A DNA stretch of 64,000 nt, taken from Candidatus Daviesbacteria bacterium (GTDB lineage: Bacteria > Patescibacteriota > Microgenomatia > Daviesbacterales > UBA10151). Positions 51,129 to 63,596 of this stretch are shown in pieces. The notes under the pieces were generated by a model. It made no database searches. It was not told the origin of the DNA and worked only from the letters and a program-made list of their open reading frames with translations. Position numbers and translations under genes: made by a program. The stretch's first letter is position 1; every line of letters begins with the position of its first letter. Location: positions 2,317-66,316 of the forward strand of contig JACPEW010000006.1 of NCBI GenBank assembly GCA_016183305.1. The letters run 5' to 3'.

Positions 51129-51191
51129 ATTTTCTCACCCCCTCTGTCTCCATTGTAGACATAATTAATCACTATCAGTCAAGAGACCAGA

Positions 51192-52391
51192 TTAAAATGA
51201 TGTAGTTAGTTTGTAAATCGGCAGGATGATCGAAATTACTAAGAAAGCAACTCCCACTCCCAAAATAATTAACACTATTGGCTCAATAGCCACTGTCAGA
51301 TTCTTTACTAAATGATCAGATTCTGACTCAAAATAATCAGCCAGCTTAAGAAAAATCTCATCAACTTTACCGGTTTCTTCTCCAACTTTAATCATCTGGC
51401 TGACAATCTTAGGAAATACGTTTCCTGCAAGCAGGGACGAAAAAGGCAAACCTTTCTCAACCCCTTTGTAAGCATCTTTTAAAGAATTTTTAAATACTGG
51501 ATTATCAGTTAAATCAGAAACAATTCCAATTGACTCAAGTAAAGGAATTCCTGCAGCAGTAAGCAGCCCAAAAGTCCGGTTAAAGTTTGTTAAAGTCACA
51601 TTAGTAACTATTTTACCTGCAATTGGGGTTCTTAAAATCAGTTTGCCAAAAAACATGTTGCCTTCTGGAGTTTTTTTCCATTTATTTATACCAATAACTA
51701 TCCCAATCAAAATTATTAAACCAAGCCACCAGAATTTAGTGAATAAATTTGAGGTTGCAATTAATATTTGAGTTGGCAGAGGTAGTTCTATAGTTGATTG
51801 CTGGTAAAGATTAACTAGTTTTGGGATAACAAATACCATCATGATTATAATTACAACTACCATCATTGTTAAAACTACCACCGGATAAATCATTGCTCCT
51901 TTAATTTTTGCCTGAAACTCCCGGTCTTTTTCTAATCCGTCAGCCATTTGCAGAAGCACTGAATCCAGTTTACCTGAAGTTTCACCGCTTTTAACTAAAT
52001 TCACATAAAGGTGGGGGAAAATATTAGGATACTTGCTTAAAGCTTGGGCTAAGGTTAAACCTCCTTTTATATCCTGGGAAATATTCTCTAAGGCTTCTTT
52101 TAAAATTTTATTTGTCTGCTGCTCCTCCAAGATATCTATTGCCTGGGATAAAACTAAACCGCTTGAAACCATAGTAGCCAACTGCCTAGTCATGATAACC
52201 AACTCAGTAAAACCTACTTTATTAAGAAAACGGCCTAAGAACTGGTTTTCTGGAGGATTTTTCGGGTTGATGGAAATAATAATCAAGCCCTTTTTTCTTA
52301 TTGTATTAATGGCTGAACGGACATCTGGAGTAGCTACATTACCGCTATGATCATTTCCCTGCAGGTCTTTTGCTTTGTATAGAAATTCCAT
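51192..52391 (-). CDS. pilC: type IV pilus platform protein
   Basis: GETSGKLD, AMIYP, VGEETG, IEP. Confidence 0.95.
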   Translation of the reverse strand: MEFLYKAKDLQGNDHSGNVATPDVRSAINTIRKKGLIIISINPKNPPENQFLGRFLNKVGFTELVIMTRQLATMVSSGLVLSQAIDILEEQQTNKILKEALENISQDIKGGLTLAQALSKYPNIFPHLYVNLVKSGETSGKLDSVLLQMADGLEKDREFQAKIKGAMIYPVVVLTMMVVVIIIMMVFVIPKLVNLYQQSTIELPLPTQILIATSNLFTKFWWLGLIILIGIVIGINKWKKTPEGNMFFGKLILRTPIAGKIVTNVTLTNFNRTFGLLTAAGIPLLESIGIVSDLTDNPVFKNSLKDAYKGVEKGLPFSSLLAGNVFPKIVSQMIKVGEETGKVDEIFLKLADYFESESDHLVKNLTVAIEPIVLIILGVGVAFLVISIILPIYKLTTSF

Positions 52392-52404
52392 ATAATCACT
52401 GAGG

Positions 52405-53457
52405 CTATTTCAATAACTTAACTAGCAACTCTGGTCTCAGAACAAACCTGATAGCTTCATCTTGGGAGATTTTGCCTTTTCTAACCAAGTCAGCCAAAGA
52501 TCTTTCCAGGGTTTGCATTCCCAACTCCATTGAAGTCTCAATTACATTATCTATCAAATAAGATTTTCCTTCGCGGATAATGCTTCTTACAGCAGGAGTA
52601 GCAAACAATACCTCTGAGGATAAAGTTCTGCCTGGCTCAATTGTTGGAATAAGCCTAAGTGATAAAATTGCTTCCAAAGTTGCTGCCAGTTGCAACCTAA
52701 TTTGGGCTTGTTGAGCCTCAGGAAAAACATCAATAATCCTATCCACTGATTGGGCAGCTGAGTTGGTATGAAGGGTTGCAAACACCAAATGGCCTGTTTC
52801 TGCAATAGTCATTACTGAAGCAATTGTCTCCAAATCTCTCATCTCTCCCACTAAAACTACATCAGGGTCTTCCCGCAGAGAAGAACGCAAAGCATTAGCC
52901 CAAGACCTGGTATCACTATACATTTCTCTTTGTTCAATTAAAGATTTACCTTTGGGATAGACATATTCTATTGGGTCTTCAACTGTAATAACATGTGAAG
53001 CCCGGGTTTGGTTAATTCTATTAATAAATGATGCTAAGGCTGTTGACTTACCATGACCAGTCGGCCCTGTTACCAAGATAAGACCCTGTTTTAACTCTAC
53101 TAATTTATTAACCACAGAAGGAAAACCTAATTCTTCTAAATTAGGTATTTTATAGGGAATCAGCCTTAAGGCTACTGCAGAATTGCCTTTTTGTTTATAC
53201 AAGTTAACTCTAAACCTGGCTTTTCCAGCAAACTCAAAGGAAAAATCCAACTCTAAAACTTGTTTATAGATATTCATTTGCATATCAGATAAAAGAGGCC
53301 TAATTAAACTTTCGATTTGCTCTGGAGATATAAACGCTTCTCCGGGTACTGGAAATAAATCACTATGAACCCGGATCATCGGCGGAAATCCTACGGAAAG
53401 ATGTAGATCAGATGCGTTTCTTTGAATAGTTAACTCTAAAAGCTGCTGTATATTCAT
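52405..53457 (-). CDS. pilT: retraction ATPase
   Basis: ASDLHL, GPTGHGKST, LREDPD, AETGHL. Confidence 0.95.
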   Translation of the reverse strand: MNIQQLLELTIQRNASDLHLSVGFPPMIRVHSDLFPVPGEAFISPEQIESLIRPLLSDMQMNIYKQVLELDFSFEFAGKARFRVNLYKQKGNSAVALRLIPYKIPNLEELGFPSVVNKLVELKQGLILVTGPTGHGKSTALASFINRINQTRASHVITVEDPIEYVYPKGKSLIEQREMYSDTRSWANALRSSLREDPDVVLVGEMRDLETIASVMTIAETGHLVFATLHTNSAAQSVDRIIDVFPEAQQAQIRLQLAATLEAILSLRLIPTIEPGRTLSSEVLFATPAVRSIIREGKSYLIDNVIETSMELGMQTLERSLADLVRKGKISQDEAIRFVLRPELLVKLLK

Positions 53458-53458
53458 C

Positions 53459-55159
53459 CTAATCTTGTGCTACTCTTAACACCTCCTCCATAGTAGTTAC
53501 TCCTTCTAAAGTCTTTAAATACCCATCCTGCTTCATTGTCACCATACCGTTCTCTCTAGACAACTGCTCAATACTGCTGGAAGAGGCACGTTCTAAAATT
53601 AAGTTAGCCATTTGATCTGAGACAATTAATACTTCAAAAATGCCTGTTCTGCCCAAGTAACCAGTATTACCACACCTGGCGCAGCCTTTTCCTTTAAAAA
53701 GCTTATCAGGCTGTTTTTGACTTGGCAGATATTTACCCAGAACTGATTTAATATTTTCCATTACTTCTGTCGGAGGACTAAATTCTATTTTGCAAAAGGG
53801 GCAAATTTTCCGCACTACCCGCTGGGCTGCTATTGCGTTTAAAGATGAGGTAAGCAAGAATGGCTCAATTCCCATATCTAACAGCCTGGGCGGTGCACCA
53901 GCGCTAGAGTTAGTATGAACTGTGGAAAAAACCTGATGGCCGGTTAAAGCTGCCTGAATTGTTAAATTAGCAGTTTCTGAATCACGGATCTCACCTACCA
54001 TAATAATATTGGGATCCTGACGAAGAAAGTTTCTTAATGCTGAAGCGAAAGTTAATCCCACCTGCGGGTTGACCTGAACCTGATTTACCCCCGGAATTTG
54101 ATATTCTACAGGATCCTCAATCGTCACAATATTAACCCTGCTGGTAGAAATTTTGCTTAAGATAGAGTAGAGAGTCGTAGTCTTACCGCTACCGGTTGGA
54201 CCACAGATTAAGATAATGCCATGTGGTCTTTGCAGTTGGCTTTCCAAACTCTTTAATGCATTACCTCTTAAACCTAATTCCAATAAACTGGGGGCAGCAG
54301 TTGATTTGGGTAATAGTCTTAATACCACTTTCTCCCCAAAAACAGTCGGGATCACAGAAACCCTAAGATCAACAACCTTTTGTTCGTAAGTAAAGGTAAA
54401 TCTGCCATCTTGAGGCAATCTTTTTTCATCGATCTTCAAAATTGCCAATATCTTAATCCTTGATACTAAAGCTTCATGCACCCCTTTAGGCAGCAGAATT
54501 TTTTCCTGTAAGATGCCGTCAATTCTGTATCTGACTCTGGTCCGGTCTTCTTGAGGCTCAATGTGAATGTCTGATGCCCGTGATTTAATAGCATATTGCA
54601 AAAGCTGATCAATAATATTGGAAACAGGCGCTTCTCTTAAGACTTCAGGACCGTTCTGAATGTCTTCTTCCGGGCTTACCGATGCAACCTCTTTTAAAGC
54701 TGACGTTACTTCAGAAGTTAAATTTTGTTGGTATTGATCAGAAATTGCCTTTAAAATATCTTCTGGTTGTGCCAGATAAGACTTCACCCTAAGTCCTGCC
54801 CTTTTTTCTATAAATTGGGTAATCTGGATATCCAAAGGATCTGCCATTGCTACCCATAACTCCTCACCTTTTTTCTCAAATGGGATAATAGTGTAGCGCC
54901 GGGCTGCCGGTTCTGGAATTAAGTTCAGAATATCTGCTGAAATAGCCCTTCCATCAAGATTAATATAAGGAACATTTAAAATTTGAGCTTTAGCTTCAGT
55001 GATTTTGTCAACAGGAATCAGGTTGTGCTGAATCAGGATTTTTTCAATTGGGGTACCTGAATTCAGGCTTTCGAGTTTAACAGCAGATAGTTGATCAGAA
55101 CTAATTAATCCTTGCTTAAACAGAATATCTTCTAAAGTCTGGGCAGTTACAGCGGGCAT
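53459..55159 (-). CDS. pilB: extension ATPase
   Basis: GPTGSGKTTT, RQDPN, tetracysteine Zn motif. Confidence 0.95.
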   Translation of the reverse strand: MPAVTAQTLEDILFKQGLISSDQLSAVKLESLNSGTPIEKILIQHNLIPVDKITEAKAQILNVPYINLDGRAISADILNLIPEPAARRYTIIPFEKKGEELWVAMADPLDIQITQFIEKRAGLRVKSYLAQPEDILKAISDQYQQNLTSEVTSALKEVASVSPEEDIQNGPEVLREAPVSNIIDQLLQYAIKSRASDIHIEPQEDRTRVRYRIDGILQEKILLPKGVHEALVSRIKILAILKIDEKRLPQDGRFTFTYEQKVVDLRVSVIPTVFGEKVVLRLLPKSTAAPSLLELGLRGNALKSLESQLQRPHGIILICGPTGSGKTTTLYSILSKISTSRVNIVTIEDPVEYQIPGVNQVQVNPQVGLTFASALRNFLRQDPNIIMVGEIRDSETANLTIQAALTGHQVFSTVHTNSSAGAPPRLLDMGIEPFLLTSSLNAIAAQRVVRKICPFCKIEFSPPTEVMENIKSVLGKYLPSQKQPDKLFKGKGCARCGNTGYLGRTGIFEVLIVSDQMANLILERASSSSIEQLSRENGMVTMKQDGYLKTLEGVTTMEEVLRVAQD

Positions 55160-55201
55160 ATCTACATTATGTTAAAACTTTGAGGTGATTGCAAGGCTTT
55201 T

Positions 55202-56806
55202 TTACCTTTTTATCTCTAATTTATACAAACTGCATTTATTATTACAGCCCTTTTCTGCTAAAGATAAGTTAAATTCTTCTTTTATTTTCTGCATATCAAA
55301 AGAAAACCAATATTTATCTTCAGTTTGGTAAACTGATACTAATACAGTTTTACTTTCCCTTAGATAATCTTTATACAAATCTATTAAACTGCCTTGAGGA
55401 CTAATACCCCAAGTTTGCTCTACACCTCCTGTAAAATATTGACGGAAAGACAAAGGTAAAACTTTGTATTTATGGTTTGAATAAAAATCAATCATATAAG
55501 GGGAAAGTGTAGAGATAATTACGGGTTTCAAAGTATAAGAGTTAGCATATTGATTCATTATCTCAATAGCTTCATAGTTTTTAGCTTTTTCTGGCTGCAG
55601 GAAAATAAGTTTTAGCTCATTGCTAACTTGACCCAGCGGCAAAGGAATCATTGCTAAAATAACAGTAAGATAAATAAACCCCATTAAAAATTTAAAATAT
55701 AGTCCTTGATAACGCCATTTTAAAAAATTCCCTAAAGTCTGTAAAAAAATACCGGAGATAAGGAAAAATATAGGAATAAAGACAAATAAATAACGGGCAT
55801 CAACAATATAAAAAGTACTTATAAAATATAAAGTTCCAGTAATAGAAAGAAAAAAATAAAAGCTTAATAATTTATTTTTTCCAGTTAACAGGTTAATAAA
55901 AATAGCTGCAATAGAAGTCATCCCTACTATAATAGGCAGTAAAATAAAATCTTTTTGCAAAACAGTCACCTGCCCTCCCATAATCCCAGCCAGATAACGG
56001 ATAAAATTATTCTTTAGGTAAACCGTTGAAAAAGATCCCGATGAAGAAACAGTTACCAGGTTTTGCAAAACTAATATAACTGTATTTAAAACATTAACTT
56101 CCTTGTTTAAAAATTCAATATAAGCAAAGACCGAAAAAAGAATTAATAAACTTAAGAAAAATAAAAACAAGAATAAAAGTTTTTTCTTTAGCAAACTTTT
56201 AAATGATCTAACTTTGATAATAAAAGCAATAATTAAGGACAAACTCAACACCCAGGCTACATATTTTGTAGCAAAAAATGCCATGGTTAAAAACGGAAAC
56301 AGTATCACAGAAAAAATAGTAAGTGGCTGTAACAGCAACCAAACAGAAAATAGGTATAAAGGTATTAGCAAATTTTTAGCCATAGCTACTTGTGGATACC
56401 AAAAAATAATGTAGTTAGTCACAAAACCTAAAAATAAAATACTTTTAATTACTGGGCTTGCAAATAATTTGCAGATAATTTTATAAAACAAAATGGCAGA
56501 GATTAGTGTTAAAAATACATTAGTAATATAAAAAAACCTAATCTCCCGGAAGATAAAATAAATAGGAAAAAGAGTTAAAGAATATAGAGGAGGAACTGTG
56601 GTAGGAATATCTCTGCCCTCATAGGAAATAACTAAACCCTTACCATGCGCTAAACTTATCAGCGGATTTAAATAATGGATGCTGTCAGGAGAAGGTTCCA
56701 ACCCTGAGATAAAGTTATACGGAGATAAAGGGTTTTTAAAAAGCAGTAATAATAGCAAAAACATTCCCAAAACAAATATTTTGTTGTGTTTAAGAAATAG
56801 AATCAT
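55202..56806 (-). CDS. polytopic membrane protein, GT-C (ArnT/PMT-like) glycosyltransferase candidate
   Basis: PDSIHY loop after TM1, PPLYS, ARYL; many TM segments. Confidence 0.6.
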   Translation of the reverse strand: MILFLKHNKIFVLGMFLLLLLLFKNPLSPYNFISGLEPSPDSIHYLNPLISLAHGKGLVISYEGRDIPTTVPPLYSLTLFPIYFIFREIRFFYITNVFLTLISAILFYKIICKLFASPVIKSILFLGFVTNYIIFWYPQVAMAKNLLIPLYLFSVWLLLQPLTIFSVILFPFLTMAFFATKYVAWVLSLSLIIAFIIKVRSFKSLLKKKLLFLFLFFLSLLILFSVFAYIEFLNKEVNVLNTVILVLQNLVTVSSSGSFSTVYLKNNFIRYLAGIMGGQVTVLQKDFILLPIIVGMTSIAAIFINLLTGKNKLLSFYFFLSITGTLYFISTFYIVDARYLFVFIPIFFLISGIFLQTLGNFLKWRYQGLYFKFLMGFIYLTVILAMIPLPLGQVSNELKLIFLQPEKAKNYEAIEIMNQYANSYTLKPVIISTLSPYMIDFYSNHKYKVLPLSFRQYFTGGVEQTWGISPQGSLIDLYKDYLRESKTVLVSVYQTEDKYWFSFDMQKIKEEFNLSLAEKGCNNKCSLYKLEIKR

Positions 56807-56822
56807 CTGTTAAAATGCTGTT

Positions 56823-57461
56823 ATGACAGCCAAGCTTTTATTATCTTTATCATATAATACAAGACTCATTGCTATCCAGGAGGAATTAAAAAAACAAAAT
56901 TTACCAATATCCCATCCTGACCTTTTATATTTTGATCAAGAAACAAAGCTGGGAATCTCTGAGGCAAGAAAAATTAAAGATCATTTTTCTTTAAAACCTT
57001 ATTCTGCCAAAGGCAGGGGAGTAGTTTTAGAAGATGCTGCCAAGTTAACAATTGAGGCCCAAAATGCCCTGCTTAAAACTTTAGAAGAATTGCCAAAAGA
57101 AGCTACTCTGGTTTTGGGAGCCAGCTCAGAAGCAAGCTTATTGCCAACTATTTTATCCCGCTGCCACATAATTCGTATACAAAACCCTACGTCTCATCAT
57201 ATTCCTACCCCGGAGGTAGGATATATAGAGAATATAAAAAACTTGTTAAATTCTGAAGTTGCAGATAGGCTTGAATACATAGAAAAGCTAAAAAACAAAG
57301 AAGAGTTTTTACAAGCTTTAATAGTATATTTCCATGATAATCTTTTAAAATATCCTGAGTTTGCAAACCAGCTTTTACAAGCAGAAGAATGGTCTAAACA
57401 AAATGTAAACATCAGGACAATTTTAGAATACTTGATGCTTGTGATGCCCCGGATAAAATGA
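56823..57461 (+). CDS. holB: DNA polymerase III delta' subunit (short)
   Basis: HPDL, AQNALLKTLEE, LLPTILSRC. Confidence 0.88.
   Translation: MTAKLLLSLSYNTRLIAIQEELKKQNLPISHPDLLYFDQETKLGISEARKIKDHFSLKPYSAKGRGVVLEDAAKLTIEAQNALLKTLEELPKEATLVLGASSEASLLPTILSRCHIIRIQNPTSHHIPTPEVGYIENIKNLLNSEVADRLEYIEKLKNKEEFLQALIVYFHDNLLKYPEFANQLLQAEEWSKQNVNIRTILEYLMLVMPRIK
57200..57226. repeat. divergent REP in holB
   Basis: TCCTACC-CCGGA-GGTAGGA, encodes IPTPEVGY. Confidence 0.6.
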
Positions 57462-57475
57462 TAGACTATATATAG

Positions 57476-59434
<1,959 letters not shown>

Positions 59435-59494
59435 TAAGATCTGCACTTTATTATTGATTTTGATTCAACTTTACTTTGAATTTTTTACTTAAGA

Positions 59495-59578
59495 TTTGAT
59501 GCCAAAGGCCAATCAGAAAACTTAAGGAAAAAACTTGCTAAATATGGTTATATTGTAGGAGCAGGCTATGGTGATACT
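59495..59578 (+). pseudogene. possible class V aminotransferase C-terminal remnant
   Basis: Reads LRKKLAKYGYIVGAGYGD with no start. Confidence 0.3.
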
Positions 59579-59631
59579 CCCACAGTCTCAAAGATGTAAA
59601 ATTACTCCTAAAACGCATATAATATAGCCTG

Positions 59632-62277
59632 ATGGTTAAGAAAGCAGTCCATTTTCTAGGAATAGGGGGGTCTGGTACTTCTTCTGCTGCTGCAATTGCA
59701 GAGGCTCAAGGATTTGAGGTTGGTGGTTGTGATCTGCAACCCAATAATGAGTTCACCACCATTTTCCAACCAAACCAACTCCAAGTAGGCCATAGTCCCC
59801 AGCATTTAGCTTCCCACCTTAAAGGTGGGAACGTAGATATTTTAGCTGTTACTCCTGCTATTTTTTCTTTAGACCCAGATAACCAAAAAAAAAAAAAAGA
59901 AAAGAAAAAAGGGATTGAAGTTTTAACCTGGCAGCAGTTTGTTGGTAAATATTTAGCTAAGGACAAATCTGTTATTGCTGTTTGTGGCACTCATGGCAAA
60001 ACTACCACAACTGCTATGATTGCCCAAATATTAGAAGATGCAGGCTTAGACCCAACTGTAGAGCTGGGTGGTATTGTTCCCAGATGGAAAGCTAACTATA
60101 GAGTAGGAAAAGGAAAGTACTTTGTAGTAGAAGCTGATGAATTTAATGATAATTTTTTATCCCATTATCCTCAAATTACAGTAGTAACTAATATTGAAAT
60201 GGACCACCCAGAATATTTTAAGGATTTTGAGGCAGTGAAAAGTAGTTTTAAAAAGTTTTTACTTCAAACTAAAACAACAATTGTAACTAATTTAACAGAC
60301 TCTACTGTTGCTGAAATTCTTAAAGGTGTAATGAAGGAATCCTCAGTTTCTGCTCTGGATTTTACCAAAAGCCGGATGGATTTTAACTTAAAAATACCAG
60401 GTCAACATAATGTTTTAAATGCCAAAGCAGCAATGCAGGTAGGACTCCTTTTAGGAACAGGCCCAGAAATTATTAGAAAAAGTCTAAATAACTATACTGG
60501 AGCAGGCAGAAGGTTTGAGTATATTGGAGAGTTTAATCAAGCAAAAATTTATTCTGATTTTGCTCATCATCCTACAGAAATAAAAACAACTATGGAAGCT
60601 GCTAGGGAAAAATTCCCTAAGGAGAGAATATTTTTAGTTTACCAGCCACATATGTTCTCAAGAATTAAAGCCCTTTTTGAAGACTTTGTTAGAGTTTTCC
60701 AAAGCCTACCAGTTGACCAAATCTTTATTACAGATATTTATCCTTCCAGGGAAAAAGATACTGGTTTAGTAAATAGCAAACAGCTTGTTGATGCTACTGC
60801 TAAAGATTCTGTAAGTTATATTGGTAGTATAGATGAAACTTTAGAAAAATTAAAACCACAAATTAAACCAGGAAATGTTGTCTTTTTCATGGGAGCAGGC
60901 AGTATTGATCAATTAGCCAGAAAGTTAGTGAAACAAAAAGTTTTGGTATTTGGCTTAGGTCTAAACCAAGGCGGAGTAGGGGTAGCTAAATTTTTTGCTC
61001 AAAATGGAGCAGAAGTTAGAATAACTGATTTAAAAACTGAAAAAGACTTGCAAGCTTCTTTAGATAAGTTAAAAGAATTTAAAAACATTTCCTATACTTT
61101 AGGGGGGCATACATTTGAAGATATTGATTGGGCTGACTTAATTATTAAAAACCCGGCTGTTAAACCAGAAAATAAATATATTGGGTATGTATTGGAAAAA
61201 GATAAAGAAGTAGAAACAGATTTTTCCATTTTCCTCCAATATGCAGATCAAAAAAAGATTATCGCTATTACTGGCACCAAAGGTAAAACCACAACTGCTT
61301 CACTGATTTATGAAGTATTAAAAGCTGCAAATGAACAGGCAGTGCTGGCTGGAAATATTGGCAGAAGTATTTTAGATACCTTACCATATTTAGATAAAAA
61401 CCCTTGGATTATAGTAGAAATATCTTCTTTTCAACTACAAGCTTTGGCGGAAAAAAATTTTGCTCCAAAGATTGCTGTTATTACTAATATCTATCCGGAT
61501 CACTTAAATTGGCATTTCTCAATGGAAGAATATATTGAGGCTAAAAAAATAATTGCCGAATACCAAACAAAAGAAGATTTTCTTTTTATTAGAGGGGGGA
61601 ATGTAATGGTAGATAAACCGGATTTTTTAAAAGGTTTGAAAGCTAAAATTATCCGCTTTTCCAAAAATGACTTACCGGCAGGTTTACAACCTAATTTGCT
61701 AGGAGAACATAATCTAGAAAATATAGCAGCAGCGTATTCAATAGGTAAAGTTCTTAGCGTCAACTCAAACCTCCTCCTCAAATCTCTTACTCAGTTTAAA
61801 GGTGTGCCGTTTAGGATAGAACTTATTAAGGAGTGGTATGGAGTAAAAATTTACAATGATACTACAGCTACTTCCCCTGAAGCAGGGATCCAAGCCATAA
61901 AAACGCTTTCCAAACTACATTCCCACATCGGAAGTGGGAAGCTAGTTCTTATTTGTGGTGGCATGAATAAAAAAATGGATTATAAAAAATATGCAGAAGA
62001 AGTTATTAAAAATGTTCAACAAGTATTTTTTCTGGAAGGAGATGCAACTGAGGAAATCATCAAGAGAATTCAGAATTTAGAGTTCAGAGTTCAGAATGGT
62101 GGAATTTATAATAATATTGAAAAATTGCTACAGGATGTTAAAAAAGAAGTAAAACCTGGAGATACTATTTTGTTTTCACCAGCAGCCACTTCTTTTAATT
62201 TATTCCAAAATGAGTTTGACAGGGGAAGACAATTTAATAAAGCAGTTGAAAAAGTTTTTGGGGAAGATGCTTCTTAG
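59632..62277 (+). CDS. murC-murD: MurC-MurD fusion ligase
   Basis: MurC: HFLGIGGSG, GTHGKTTT, EADE, DFAHHPTE. MurD: FGLG, GTKGKTTT, GNIG, EISSFQL, SPAATSF. Confidence 0.9.
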   Translation: MVKKAVHFLGIGGSGTSSAAAIAEAQGFEVGGCDLQPNNEFTTIFQPNQLQVGHSPQHLASHLKGGNVDILAVTPAIFSLDPDNQKKKKEKKKGIEVLTWQQFVGKYLAKDKSVIAVCGTHGKTTTTAMIAQILEDAGLDPTVELGGIVPRWKANYRVGKGKYFVVEADEFNDNFLSHYPQITVVTNIEMDHPEYFKDFEAVKSSFKKFLLQTKTTIVTNLTDSTVAEILKGVMKESSVSALDFTKSRMDFNLKIPGQHNVLNAKAAMQVGLLLGTGPEIIRKSLNNYTGAGRRFEYIGEFNQAKIYSDFAHHPTEIKTTMEAAREKFPKERIFLVYQPHMFSRIKALFEDFVRVFQSLPVDQIFITDIYPSREKDTGLVNSKQLVDATAKDSVSYIGSIDETLEKLKPQIKPGNVVFFMGAGSIDQLARKLVKQKVLVFGLGLNQGGVGVAKFFAQNGAEVRITDLKTEKDLQASLDKLKEFKNISYTLGGHTFEDIDWADLIIKNPAVKPENKYIGYVLEKDKEVETDFSIFLQYADQKKIIAITGTKGKTTTASLIYEVLKAANEQAVLAGNIGRSILDTLPYLDKNPWIIVEISSFQLQALAEKNFAPKIAVITNIYPDHLNWHFSMEEYIEAKKIIAEYQTKEDFLFIRGGNVMVDKPDFLKGLKAKIIRFSKNDLPAGLQPNLLGEHNLENIAAAYSIGKVLSVNSNLLLKSLTQFKGVPFRIELIKEWYGVKIYNDTTATSPEAGIQAIKTLSKLHSHIGSGKLVLICGGMNKKMDYKKYAEEVIKNVQQVFFLEGDATEEIIKRIQNLEFRVQNGGIYNNIEKLLQDVKKEVKPGDTILFSPAATSFNLFQNEFDRGRQFNKAVEKVFGEDAS
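59807..59836. repeat. REP in-frame in the murC half
   Basis: TAGCTTCCCACCTTAAAGGTGGGAACGTAG, encodes LASHLKGGNV. Confidence 0.85.
61914..61946. repeat. REP in-frame in the murD half
   Basis: ACTACATTCCCACATCGGAAGTGGGAAGCTAGT, encodes LHSHIGSGKL. Confidence 0.85.
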
Positions 62278-62761
62278 CTAATCTTTGAATTAATTCATAT
62301 CCACCAAAAAGTAAAATTGTGTATCCTACATCTCCAATTAAACTATTCCTGAAAAAGGGTATAGCCATTGTATAACTTTGTATCAAACCATTTAAAGTAT
62401 GGGGATACCAATTATTTGGTGGAGCCCATACCCCAAAATTAGTGATGATAAAAAATAATACTGAGGAAAAAACAGCTGAACCCAAAACCCATTTTATTGA
62501 TTTATGTTTCCTTAACCATAAACCTATACCAGCAATTAGGGCAAAGCTGCCATAAACATACAACATATCTATTCCATAAAACCCAATGAAATAATCACTA
62601 ATTAATAAAGCCAGTAAGGGCAAGAAAGCAAACTTTTTAGGTAAGTATGTCCCTCCGAATAAGCACAAGGCTGTAATAGGCACTATATTAGGATTATGGG
62701 GAAGTAACCTAGATAAAACCCCAGCCAAAACTATTAAAAAAGCTATTAGCTTTAAATTCAT
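62234..62761 (-). CDS. putative transporter S-component-like membrane protein (DUF6580-like)
   Basis: SRLLPH.PN..P, FFIITNFGVW, IPFFRNSL. Confidence 0.75.
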   Translation of the reverse strand: MNLKLIAFLIVLAGVLSRLLPHNPNIVPITALCLFGGTYLPKKFAFLPLLALLISDYFIGFYGIDMLYVYGSFALIAGIGLWLRKHKSIKWVLGSAVFSSVLFFIITNFGVWAPPNNWYPHTLNGLIQSYTMAIPFFRNSLIGDVGYTILLFGGYELIQRLAKKHLPQKLFQLLY

Positions 62762-62855
62762 AGCCCTACTTTAAATTGTAGTTAAAATATTGTCAATCTA
62801 CTAGATATTGAGTAGTCGAAATACAAGCTCTCTTAAGATATAATTTATTCCTGGC

Positions 62856-63596
62856 ATGTATCAAACTATTAAAAAACAGACTGTTTACTATCAAAAAGTT
62901 GGAAAAGGTAAAGATTTAATTTTGCTGCATGGTTGGAAGCAGGATGTTTCTACCTGGTGGCCTTTGGTAGATCTATTAAAAGATCATTTCACCCTTTGGT
63001 TATTAGACCTGCCCGGGTTTGGTAAAAGTGAGAATCCAAAAAAAATCTGGGGGATGGAAGAATATACAAATTTTGTTTTCCAGTTTATTAAAGAAAATAA
63101 AATAAAAGAACCTGCTGTTTTAGGCCATTCTTTTGGGGGGGCTGTAGCTATTAAACTAGCAAGCATTTATCCTGATTTAATTTCTAAAATAATTCTAGAT
63201 GCCAGTTCTGGAATCAGACCCAAACCAACCCTGACTAATAGATTGGCAAAATCAGTTGCCAAATTAATAAAAATATTGCCCAATGTATTTAATAGTAAGC
63301 AGTTACTCCGTTTATGGTTTTATAAAACTATCCAGTCAGATTATTTAGAAGCAGGGGATTTAACAGAATCTTTTAAGAAAATACTTACTCAGGATCTAAC
63401 CAATGATGCTAAAAAAATCTCTCATGAAACTTTAATAATCTGGGGGGGGGATGATAAAACAGTGCCTTTAAAAAGAGGTTTAACTCTTTATCAATTAATA
63501 AAAAATTCCAGGATTGAGATAATGGAAGAAACCGGCCATAGCCCTCATTTAAAAAATCCAGTTTTATTTACAAACTATGTTAAAGACTTTATCTAA
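62856..63596 (+). CDS. alpha/beta hydrolase
   Basis: LLHGW, DLPGFG, GHSFGG, GH. Confidence 0.92.
   Translation: MYQTIKKQTVYYQKVGKGKDLILLHGWKQDVSTWWPLVDLLKDHFTLWLLDLPGFGKSENPKKIWGMEEYTNFVFQFIKENKIKEPAVLGHSFGGAVAIKLASIYPDLISKIILDASSGIRPKPTLTNRLAKSVAKLIKILPNVFNSKQLLRLWFYKTIQSDYLEAGDLTESFKKILTQDLTNDAKKISHETLIIWGGDDKTVPLKRGLTLYQLIKNSRIEIMEETGHSPHLKNPVLFTNYVKDFI

Noticed and set aside
59884..59910. Poly-A / poly-Lys tract in murC as a phase-variation site
   Set aside because: It replaces the usual NPEL.EA motif at about the same length and keeps the frame; most likely a low-quality consensus.
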